Shown in pieces: positions 43,109-50,826 of a DNA stretch of 64,000 bases (positions are counted from its first letter, which is position 1; every line of letters starts with the position of its first letter). This stretch comes from Escherichia coli (lineage in GTDB: Bacteria; Pseudomonadota; Gammaproteobacteria; Enterobacterales; Enterobacteriaceae). The notes beneath the pieces are model-generated. The model was not told where the DNA came from, did no database searches, and was given only the letters and a program-made list of their open reading frames with translations. The stretch is taken from NCBI RefSeq assembly GCF_044324875.1, contig NZ_CP172185.1; one strand, written 5' to 3'. The position numbers were made by a program, and so were the translations under genes.

Positions 43109-43342
43109 ATGCGTGATATTTACCACGAAACAATAGACCGCGCATTTCTTGCACTTTCTCACAGTGAAAATATGTTGGAAATATTGCGCATATGTCTTGA
43201 AACGCTTGGAGATAATGAACGTGATAAACAGAAATCAATGATTGTCACGGCATTAATAACGCTTCTTGAGCCTGTAATAAATGAGTTGCAGGAAATAGAG
43301 ACATTACACGACCAGTATAAAGCGCCCCACACCGGAGAATAA
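43109..43342 (+). CDS. Hypothetical protein (77 aa)
   Basis: Tightly packed in operon; unknown family. Confidence 0.45.
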   Translation: MRDIYHETIDRAFLALSHSENMLEILRICLETLGDNERDKQKSMIVTALITLLEPVINELQEIETLHDQYKAPHTGE

Positions 43343-43347
43343 AAAAC

Positions 43348-43635
43348 ATGAAAAATAAAAATTCTGGCGTTAATGCCAGCGGCCCCGCTCGTCCTGAAAT
43401 CCGTCCCGGCGATATTTTCCGTGATAACTACGGCGGCACGGTAATGATTAAGGGCGTGGAAGAACGGCGCGTAACCTACCGCCGTGATGGCTACGAATAT
43501 GACTGCGTTATGCCTGTTTATCAGTTCCGGCGTGATTTCACGCTGGTGGGCCATCGTAAAGCCGTTAATCAGAAACGTGCTGCAAGTTATATCCGCAAAA
43601 TCCGTGAAATGCTGGTCGCAGGGGGTAAGAAATGA
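43348..43635 (+). CDS. Hypothetical basic protein (95 aa)
   Basis: Overlaps helicase gene start (ATGA); unknown family. Confidence 0.45.
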   Translation: MKNKNSGVNASGPARPEIRPGDIFRDNYGGTVMIKGVEERRVTYRRDGYEYDCVMPVYQFRRDFTLVGHRKAVNQKRAASYIRKIREMLVAGGKK

Positions 43636-45038
43636 AACTTGCACCGAACGTAAAACTGTTACCGAAAGATAAACACACTGAGGCGGTTATTTTTGCGGGT
43701 GATAATGCTCACTCCTTTGCAGAACATTACATGATTGCACAGGCCAAAAAAGCAGGCGATCCCATCCCTCCGGTTTACCTGGGCCGTTATCAGTTAAGCG
43801 AACTGGACAACTTACAGATTGTTGATGAAGGACGATACAGGGCAAAGGTCATACGCGCCGGAAACCTGGACGATATGCAGATGCTGACCATTGCCACAAA
43901 ACTGGCGATCGCCGGAGTCCAGGAGGCGCGCCTACTTTCTGAAAATTTCGAACTGCTGGAGGACTGGAGCGACCAGCTACCACGACTACGGGAAACATGG
44001 GAGAGAGGGGAAAGCCTGGTCATGAATGGCGGAAAGCGAAAAATCACACTTCCCATCTCATGGGGTTCTGAGGGATTCGATGCGCAGCAAAGCTACGTCA
44101 TTAAGGGGCTTATTCCGGCTGAGTCATTATGCAGCACCTACGGGGCCAGCGGTTCTTATAAATCGTTCCTCGCCATTTCCTGGTCGTGCCATGTTGCCAC
44201 AGGTATGGCATGGGGAGGCCGCAGGGTAAGTAAGGGTGCGGTTATCTATATCGCTGGCGAAGGCAGCATGGGCGTAAAACGCCGCGTTAAGGCGTGGGAG
44301 ATAACCCACGACAAGGTGGTTACAGATTTGTGCATCATTAACGCGCCTGTTTTCCCTGCATCGCCTGACTATGTGGAGCAGGTTATCAGGACTGCCGGAC
44401 TTGTTAAGAGCAGAACGGGCGAAAATGTGCGGCTGATTGTGATCGACACGCTGGCCCGTTGCTTTGGTGGGAATGATGAAAATGATTCCCGTGATATGGG
44501 CGCATTTATCCAGGGGTGTGACGCGATAAAGCAGGCCACAGGGGCCACGGTGCTGGTGGTTCACCATTCCGGCAAGGATGAAACAAAGGGGGCGCGTGGT
44601 TCCAGTGCATTCCGTGCCGCGCTTGATGCAGAGTACCGAATCAGCCGCGAAAATTCAGACGTTACAGCACTGGTCGCAGCATGTACGAAGATGAAGGACG
44701 CAGAGGAGCCAAAAGAGAGCGCATACGACCTTAAAAGCGTGGAGGTGTTCACCGATACAGATGGCGAAGAAATTGTGTCCATGGTGGTGATTGACGTTCC
44801 CCGCGCCCCTGCTGAACTGGAGCGCATCGAGGAGGCAGGCAACAAGACGGAAAACCATACCGCGCTATGGGGGTGCATCCGTTCACGCACACAGAACGGC
44901 GACAAGTGCACGATCCCGCTGTTACGTGATGACATGAAACGGCTTGGGTATGACGTGAAAAATATGCGGCGATGGTTAGCCAAACTGGAAAAAGACGCCG
45001 TGATTTACATTGATGGTGATGATGTAGGACCACTGTAA
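43632..45038 (+). CDS. Replication protein, RecA-fold P-loop ATPase/helicase (RepA/DnaB-like, satellite pri-rep position)
   Basis: 468 aa; P-loop-like YGASGSYKS, Walker-B-like LIVIDTL, followed immediately by iteron cluster. Confidence 0.7.
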   Translation: MKLAPNVKLLPKDKHTEAVIFAGDNAHSFAEHYMIAQAKKAGDPIPPVYLGRYQLSELDNLQIVDEGRYRAKVIRAGNLDDMQMLTIATKLAIAGVQEARLLSENFELLEDWSDQLPRLRETWERGESLVMNGGKRKITLPISWGSEGFDAQQSYVIKGLIPAESLCSTYGASGSYKSFLAISWSCHVATGMAWGGRRVSKGAVIYIAGEGSMGVKRRVKAWEITHDKVVTDLCIINAPVFPASPDYVEQVIRTAGLVKSRTGENVRLIVIDTLARCFGGNDENDSRDMGAFIQGCDAIKQATGATVLVVHHSGKDETKGARGSSAFRAALDAEYRISRENSDVTALVAACTKMKDAEEPKESAYDLKSVEVFTDTDGEEIVSMVVIDVPRAPAELERIEEAGNKTENHTALWGCIRSRTQNGDKCTIPLLRDDMKRLGYDVKNMRRWLAKLEKDAVIYIDGDDVGPL

Positions 45039-45238
45039 AAAGTGAGTAGTAAAAGTGAGTAATGGTGAGGTTTTTACAAAATATTAACACAATTACTCAC
45101 TTTCTCACCTGTATACATGCTCAAAAGTGAGCAGTGAAAAAACACTTATGAAACATGCACATATAAAACACAAAAATCTCAAGTGAGACGAAGTGAGACG
45201 CTTTAAAAAGTGAGTAGTAAAAGTGAGAGATGGTGAGC
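45037..45238 (+). repeat. Iteron cluster, putative island replication origin
   Basis: Multiple aaaagtgag / ggtgag repeats in both orientations around an AT-rich spacer (tttttacaaaatattaacacaatta), directly downstream of helicase gene. Confidence 0.65.
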
Positions 45239-45239
45239 A

Positions 45240-45608
45240 ATGAATAAAAACCGAACAGCAGGACAAAATACCGAAGGTAAATTTATGAACACTGAAATTG
45301 AAACACTGAGCATATCAACTGCCCTTCCTGGCTGGTGGGCTAAGTTCAAAGACGACGACGGCACGGAATGGTATAGCCCAATTGCTGCATGGGCGCTTTG
45401 TGATATCCACCATTTCGGCACCGGAGATACTTACCGCGAAATCTTACCCGTGCTGACCAGTGAGCTGGGCATGAGTCCGCATAGTCCTGATGAGGGAATG
45501 TGCGAGTGCCTTTATCTGCCGGATAAGAAGTTTGTTCACTGTGGTGAATCGATGGTATTTGCCTGGTATCCGGTTAACGACAGCAGCAATAGCGGTACTC
45601 TGGAGTAA
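45240..45608 (+). CDS. Hypothetical protein (122 aa; alternative start at 45285)
   Basis: ORF after ori; unknown family. Confidence 0.45.
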   Translation: MNKNRTAGQNTEGKFMNTEIETLSISTALPGWWAKFKDDDGTEWYSPIAAWALCDIHHFGTGDTYREILPVLTSELGMSPHSPDEGMCECLYLPDKKFVHCGESMVFAWYPVNDSSNSGTLE

Positions 45609-45611
45609 ATC

Positions 45612-45854
45612 ATGAAGGTAAACCACAAAAAGACAGATCACCGCGCCATTGACCTTACAGAGCACTGGCTGAGGGTGGCGATAAAAATCATCGACCGCAA
45701 CACGGGGGAAGGATACGCGAAAGCACATCCCGAACTGATAAGTGCATTCATGACCACAGCGGCGGCAAACTTTGCCACGCTGACAGAGCGGGATATTGCC
45801 GAAGCAGAACAGGTAACAACCATCAACGTTAAAACCAGTGAGGTGGAATCATGA
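45612..45854 (+). CDS. Hypothetical protein (80 aa)
   Basis: ORF overlapping ssb start; unknown family. Confidence 0.45.
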   Translation: MKVNHKKTDHRAIDLTEHWLRVAIKIIDRNTGEGYAKAHPELISAFMTTAAANFATLTERDIAEAEQVTTINVKTSEVES

Positions 45855-46261
45855 CAGCACAGATAGCGGCTTACGGGCGGCTGGTGGACGACCCGCAGGT
45901 AAAACAGACCAGTAAGGGTACACCGATGACGCTGGCGCGTATGGCGGTATCTTTACCATGCGGCCAGGCACAGGACGGACAGGCGACGTTATGGTTATCG
46001 GTCATCGCATTTGGCAAACAGGCCGACTTTCTGGCTAAACATCAAAAAGGCGACGTTGCCAGCGTATCCGGCACGATGCAGGTCAGCCAGTGGACCGGAC
46101 AGAACGGGGAAACGCGGCAGGGTTATCAGGTTATTGCAGACAGCGTAATCAGTGCCCGTGCGGCACGTCCTGGCGGGAACAGACGCAAAACCACAGGCAC
46201 ACAGGGTAATCAGCCACCAGCGGGAGGCGATGACCCTTACGGTGATGATATTCCGTTCTGA
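45851..46261 (+). CDS. Single-stranded DNA-binding protein (short SSB)
   Basis: 136 aa OB-fold-like with Gly/Pro-rich tail ending in acidic DDIPF, as in E. coli SSB. Confidence 0.7.
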   Translation: MTAQIAAYGRLVDDPQVKQTSKGTPMTLARMAVSLPCGQAQDGQATLWLSVIAFGKQADFLAKHQKGDVASVSGTMQVSQWTGQNGETRQGYQVIADSVISARAARPGGNRRKTTGTQGNQPPAGGDDPYGDDIPF

Positions 46262-46271
46262 GGGGGTGACG

Positions 46272-46544
46272 ATGGTACATGACCGCATAGCGGAGGAACT
46301 CGAGGCAAAAGGATTTTACCGGAGGGCGGCGGCGCGATGGGGTGAAGTTATGAGGCTGGTGAGCACTGACAAGGAGCGCGAACAGGTGGCAATGCGACGG
46401 CTGGAATGTTCCCTGAAGGCACAGAGGCCACCGGAGCCGCCGGATGATTTAGGCGCTCTGAAAAGGTCAGTTAATCGCACTGAAAAACAAATGGGGATAG
46501 CTGGTATTGGCAAAGCAATATGGCGCAACTACCCGCAGAAGTGA
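46272..46544 (+). CDS. PerC-family transcriptional regulator homologue
   Basis: 90 aa from MVHDRIAEELEAKGFYRRAAARW (RBS aggggg); resembles PerC/Pch family N-terminus as remembered. Confidence 0.55.
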   Translation: MVHDRIAEELEAKGFYRRAAARWGEVMRLVSTDKEREQVAMRRLECSLKAQRPPEPPDDLGALKRSVNRTEKQMGIAGIGKAIWRNYPQK

Positions 46545-46551
46545 GCACACA

Positions 46552-46573
46552 GCCGGAGCAATCCGGCTTTTTT
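46552..46573 (+). terminator. Rho-independent terminator after perC-like gene
   Basis: gccgga-gcaa-tccggc followed by tttttt. Confidence 0.7.
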
Positions 46574-46585
46574 ACGCCTAAAAAA

Positions 46586-46622
46586 AGCCCGATAAGGTCA
46601 AAGGGGGCTTATCGGGCTTTTG
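46586..46622. terminator. Second hairpin, possibly bidirectional terminator
   Basis: 11-bp stem agcccgataag / cttatcgggct flanked by A-run and T-run. Confidence 0.5.
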
Positions 46623-46784
46623 TAGAGGAGGTTTTTTATGGTGCACTGGCACACATGATCGGGATAATCATTTCATAATTTGCAACATAACTCAATATTG
46701 TTGCGCAAAATGCAATCATGATTATAATCAGGACTGGATGAACATCCAGTTATGATTTTTTAAGTCAAAGAGGAATTTCTGACT

Positions 46785-46991
46785 ATGGCAGAAGAGAAAA
46801 AAGGCGGGGTGACGGTCTACATAAGCCCCGACATCGTGGAGGCGCTCAAGGAACGCCACCAGCAGAATGTAAAAGCAGGCATTGCGGCAGGACTTGATCC
46901 GCTGGCGATGGTTGAGCCGTCAACAGGCTGGCAGGTGCGTACCTATTTACGTGCGGCGCTGGGTATCAATCAGGTTCACGGAGGTGAATAA
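46785..46991 (+). CDS. Small hypothetical protein preceding capsid gene
   Basis: 68 aa; stop overlaps capsid gene ATG. Confidence 0.45.
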   Translation: MAEEKKGGVTVYISPDIVEALKERHQQNVKAGIAAGLDPLAMVEPSTGWQVRTYLRAALGINQVHGGE

Positions 46992-48046
46992 TGACAGGCA
47001 AAGCAAAGGCACTTACAACTAACCAGCTTTTCGCGTACCTGAATCGCGGGGATATTTCGGAATATAAATTTAGTCCGCTGTTTACCACGCTGTTTTTCCC
47101 GAACGTGGCGACCTTCAACACCCAAAACATCATGCTGGACACCCTGGACATTGAAGAGGTTACGATGTCAGCGTTCTGTTCTCCTATGGTGGGTAGTCAG
47201 GTCCAGCGCGATAAAGGGTACGAAACCAGCACGATTAAACCAGGCTACATGAAGCCAAAGCACGAAATCGATCCAACAAAGACCATCATGCGCATGGATG
47301 GAGAAGATCCGGCACAGCTTAACGATCCAACTTACCGCCGTATGCGCCTGATTACTGGCAACATGCGCCGCCAGATAAACGCCATTAAGGCGCGCGTGGA
47401 ATGGCTGGCGGTGAATGCGGTAACGACCGGAAAAAACATCATTGAGGGCGAAGGCATAGAACGCTATGAAATCGACTGGAAAATACCGGAAAACTGCATC
47501 ATACAGCAGGCCAGTGGTAAAAAATGGTCCCAGCAGGATAAAGACATGCACGACCCAATCTATGACATCGAGCTTTATGCTGATCAGGCAGGTTGCCCCG
47601 CCAACGTCATGATTATGGGCGGTGAGGTATGGCGCACATTACGCAGCTTTAAAAAATTCCGTGAACTGTACGATCTTTCCCGTGGATCAGAATCCGCCGC
47701 CGAGCTGGCCTGTAAAAACCTGGGCGAAGTGGTGAGCTTTAAAGGCTATCTTGGTGATCTGGCCCTTATCGTCTATTCCGGCAAATACACTGACAGCGAC
47801 GGGACCGAAAAATATTTCCTTGAGCCTGATTTGCTGGTCCTGGGTAACACCAACAATAAAGGGCTGGTGGCATATGGTGCGATTATGGATCAGGAAGCGG
47901 TAAGAACGGGCGCAACGCAAAACATGTACTACCCGAAAAACTGGATTGAGGACGGCGATCCGGCGATTGAGTACGTGCAGACGCACAGCGCACCGCAGCC
48001 TGTACCGGCAGATATTCGCAAATTTGTTACCGTCAAAATTGCTTAA
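46991..48046 (+). CDS. Lambda gpE-family major capsid protein homologue
   Basis: 351 aa; collinear similarity to lambda E (KFSPLFTTLFF / KFDPLFLRLFF; PGYMKPKHEI / PGYVKPKHEV; DPTYRRMRLI / DPAYRRRRII; YYPKNWIEDGDPAIEY / RYPKNWVTTGDPAREF). Confidence 0.8.
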   Translation: MTGKAKALTTNQLFAYLNRGDISEYKFSPLFTTLFFPNVATFNTQNIMLDTLDIEEVTMSAFCSPMVGSQVQRDKGYETSTIKPGYMKPKHEIDPTKTIMRMDGEDPAQLNDPTYRRMRLITGNMRRQINAIKARVEWLAVNAVTTGKNIIEGEGIERYEIDWKIPENCIIQQASGKKWSQQDKDMHDPIYDIELYADQAGCPANVMIMGGEVWRTLRSFKKFRELYDLSRGSESAAELACKNLGEVVSFKGYLGDLALIVYSGKYTDSDGTEKYFLEPDLLVLGNTNNKGLVAYGAIMDQEAVRTGATQNMYYPKNWIEDGDPAIEYVQTHSAPQPVPADIRKFVTVKIA

Positions 48047-48057
48047 CGGGGGATTCT

Positions 48058-48393
48058 ATGGACGCTCCATACATTGAGTTATTTTCAGGCAGCCAACAGG
48101 TATCCACGACGCTGGTACATTTTGCCGCTGATGCTGGCGTTATTCAGGAATTTACCCCGCTGATGCTGGCAGACAATGGCGAGTTTAAGCCGTGGGATGG
48201 TAAGGAATCTGGCAAGGCTGTTTATCTGACCTCGTACCCTGTGGACACGTCAAAGCAGAAATCAGCACAGTGTTACAAGACGGGGATATTCAATATTGCC
48301 GCCGTTAACTGGCCTGACAGCGTCGACACCGATGCGAAAAAATGCGCCGCCTTTGCGGGTTCCGGCGTATCCGTTCAGCCGCTGGCCCGATAA
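48058..48393 (+). CDS. Lambda gpD-like head decoration protein homologue
   Basis: 111 aa; C-terminal GIFNIAAVNWPDSVDTDAKKCAAFAGSGVSV parallels lambda D [32 protein letters not shown]. Confidence 0.7.
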   Translation: MDAPYIELFSGSQQVSTTLVHFAADAGVIQEFTPLMLADNGEFKPWDGKESGKAVYLTSYPVDTSKQKSAQCYKTGIFNIAAVNWPDSVDTDAKKCAAFAGSGVSVQPLAR

Positions 48394-48467
48394 GCAGGGG
48401 GAACGATGGCACAAACCAGGGCGATGACGGCGACATCTATCGCATACTGAAAACCATCTGAGACAAG

Positions 48468-48490
48468 GCCGGAGAAATCCGGCTTTTTTT
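48468..48490 (+). terminator. Rho-independent terminator after decoration gene
   Basis: gccgga-gaaa-tccggc followed by ttttttt; near-duplicate of terminator at 46552. Confidence 0.7.
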
Positions 48491-48492
48491 GC

Positions 48493-48620
48493 GGGTCCTT
48501 TCCGGCATGTGGACCCGTTACGGGGCGTCGACCTCGCACGTTTTCGCTATTTATGAAAATTTTCCGGGAAAAAGCATGTCAGTTCTTCTTGTTATTAACA
48601 TATTGTTTTTAAAGAAATAA
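48493..48620 (+). promoter_or_regulatory. Lambda-type cos site (cosQ/cosN/cosB-like) upstream of terS
   Basis: gttacggggcgtcgacctcgcacgttttcgctatttatgaaaattttccgg closely matches remembered lambda cos (gttacggggcggcgacctcgcgggttttcgctatttatgaaaattttccgg); putative cosN gggcgtcgacct at 48523-48534. Confidence 0.75.
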
Positions 48621-48710
48621 CTATCAAGAAAGAAACGACATCATAATGATGAAAAATCTGTTTTTTTTGGCATTTCATGTCGTAACTGATTTTTGATAAG
48701 GAATTGCTGA

Positions 48711-49295
48711 ATGAATGTTAATAAAAAGAGGCTTGCCGAAATTTTTAACGTGGACCCGCGGACGATTGAACGCTGGCAGTCACAGGGGCTTCCTTGCGTC
48801 TCCAAAGGCAGTAAGGGCATTGAATCTGTATTTGATACTGCCATGGCAATTCAGTGGTATGCGCGGAGGGAAACTGATATCGAAAACGAAAAGCTCCGCA
48901 AAGAACTGGACGATTTGCGTGCGGCAGCGGAGTCAGATTTACAACCCGGCACCATTGACTATGAACGCTATCGGCTCACAAAAGCGCAGGCAGATGCGCA
49001 GGAACTTAAAAACGAGCGCGATCGCGGTGACGTGATTGATACAGAGTTTTGCATGTACGCGCTTTCAAAACTGGCGAGTCAGATTTCATCAATCATGGAC
49101 AGCCTCCCGCTTACTATGCAAAGGAGCTTCCCACAGATGACCCCCGCCATGCTGGATGGCCTGAAAAAAGAAGTTGTCAGAGCCTGTAACGCATGCACAA
49201 AACTTGATGAAAACATCCCGCGAATGCTGTCCGATTATCTGATGGAAACTACCGGAAATGTGCCTGATAAGTTTCAGCCGGATAAAGACAAGTAA
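48711..49295 (+). CDS. Terminase small subunit, lambda Nu1-like
   Basis: 194 aa; [28 protein letters not shown]...[29 protein letters not shown] parallels lambda Nu1 (MEVNKKQLADIFGASIRTIQNWQEQGMP...[29 protein letters not shown]). Confidence 0.85.
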   Translation: MNVNKKRLAEIFNVDPRTIERWQSQGLPCVSKGSKGIESVFDTAMAIQWYARRETDIENEKLRKELDDLRAAAESDLQPGTIDYERYRLTKAQADAQELKNERDRGDVIDTEFCMYALSKLASQISSIMDSLPLTMQRSFPQMTPAMLDGLKKEVVRACNACTKLDENIPRMLSDYLMETTGNVPDKFQPDKDK

Positions 49296-49536
49296 CGTAG
49301 TGCACAATGACCGAAGCCAGTTTACTGACTGGCTTTCAGCGTTGCGCTGGTGGGCGTTATGCGTCAGTGATAAACGTCTCCAATATTACTGATATTCGAC
49401 ATCCCCACCTCTCCACACCAGCTCGAATATCATTTTTCTCATTAAAAACAGGACATTAAAAACTGGTCAGATGTCCCATAAAAAGCCAAATGGGACAGGT
49501 CAAAAGCTTTTTTTGCAGTAATTTTCAATAGGTTAC

Positions 49537-49935
49537 TTGATGTGGTGGTGTCCCATGAAAATTCAAAAATCAGCCGTTTTCCGCGATGCTCCCGCCCCGT
49601 GGCAGGGCACCCCACAAGGAGGACCCGCCATCACTATGGAGGACATGACCATGACCGAGACCGAAGCGCTCGGGATAATCCGCAGTATTACCGGAATCAG
49701 CCAGCAGGCTGGCGAACAGGAGGCCACGCAGCCGGACAGCGTGATCGCCGAAAATTACGTGCGTGTTGTTGCTGATGTAATGCGCCGTGATGGTATTGAG
49801 CTTAACGGCGTGGATATGCGCGACATACGAATCAGAGTACTAGAGTTGCTGGCATACCGTCGACGCGTGGCGATGTATCAGGAGAGCGCGAAAAACACTT
49901 ATCAGTGGAAGAAGCCGGAGCGGTTACGGCGGTAA
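49537..49935 (+). CDS. Hypothetical protein downstream of terS (likely shorter, start near 49651)
   Basis: ORF of 132 aa; RBS ggagg favours ATG around 49651 giving about 95 aa; unknown family. Confidence 0.4.
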   Translation: MMWWCPMKIQKSAVFRDAPAPWQGTPQGGPAITMEDMTMTETEALGIIRSITGISQQAGEQEATQPDSVIAENYVRVVADVMRRDGIELNGVDMRDIRIRVLELLAYRRRVAMYQESAKNTYQWKKPERLRR

Positions 49936-50290
49936 CTGGTTGATATTTTCGAAATTCGCCAGCGGCGAACATCGGGGAAACCAGCCTAACCAGTTGATTC
50001 TTTCGGAAACAGCCATTGGCGGAATCCGGCGCGGTAACTTGCTGATATTCCCGATAACGCAAAATTGCGCTGGCTACATCCCTCACATCTGAGGACTGAT
50101 AATGCGACATTGCGCTGGCTGGCAAAGTGCAAAATTGCACGATGGCCTAACCCATTGATTATTTCGAAAACCTGCAATGCAGGAAATCGGGGAAGTAAGC
50201 CTAAGCTATTGATTCTTTCGGAAACCTCAATTTGAGGAAGTCGGCGCGGTAACTCGCTGAACTTAAAGCAAACCTCAAAATTGAGCTGGC
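49932..50290 (+). repeat. Array of four degenerate repeats of a ttgattctttcggaaac-like motif with associated short palindromes
   Basis: Motif variants ggttgatattttcgaaat (49938-), cagttgattctttcggaaac (49991-), cattgattatttcgaaaac (50154-), ctattgattctttcggaaac (50205-); cggcgcggtaact at 50028 and 50242. Confidence 0.6.
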
Positions 50291-50720
50291 TGAATAATCA
50301 TTATGATTACGCAGATGATTAAGGAATGACCGAAGGCGGAAATTCGCCTGTGGTTGATGGGGGAGTTGCAGATCTGCAACTCGACCATGAAACTACGGAA
50401 ACTACCCGTAGTTTGGGTAGTAAGAGTAACACCCAGATTTTGGGACTTACTCGTGATACCCAAATTTGGAGTATCGGTGGCAACCATAACGACTTTCGTT
50501 ACGGTTGATGCTTTTACCCCATTGGGGGAAAGGTATTACGATAATCATAACACCTACCGAACAGGTAAAGCCCACCAGCCTGATTGACATTTAACCGGAA
50601 AAAAAGCCAGGTAGCCCCGTTATGTGGATCCCCATATCGACAGCAACGCCCCCTTAAAATTACCCGCCTTTATATTTCTTGTGCCTATTTGTTCCACGTT
50701 GTTTCATACAGTGCGCCGAA

Positions 50721-50746
50721 CGGTGTAGTTAATGGTGTAGTTAATT
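50721..50746 (+). repeat. attR core: second copy of 26-bp direct repeat
   Basis: cggtgtagttaatggtgtagttaatt identical to 39612-39637. Confidence 0.8.
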
Positions 50747-50826
50747 TGCGATTTTTGGCACTTTTGTTTGTGTATATTTTTAATTAAATCAATACATTAA
50801 CTAATATCGGTGATAAAAGGGCATAT

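Larger units (their letters stand above)
39612..50747 (+). mobile_element. Integrated phage-satellite-like island (PICI/P4-like organisation), about 11.1 kb, inserted between roxA and phoQ
   Basis: Bounded by 26-bp perfect direct repeat; int-alpA, divergent RHH regulator, replication helicase plus iterons, ssb, perC, gpE-like capsid, gpD-like decoration, lambda-like cos, Nu1-like terS; no portal/TerL/tail genes. Confidence 0.8.

Noticed and set aside
46152-46271. Upstream part of ORF 46152-46544 overlapping ssb
   Set aside because: The PerC-like protein starts at the internal ATG 46272 preceded by an RBS; the upstream part is the alternate frame of the ssb 3' end.
49932-50290. Possible CRISPR array
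   Set aside because: Repeat units are degenerate, spacing is irregular and there are no cas genes; more consistent with binding-site repeats or structured RNA.
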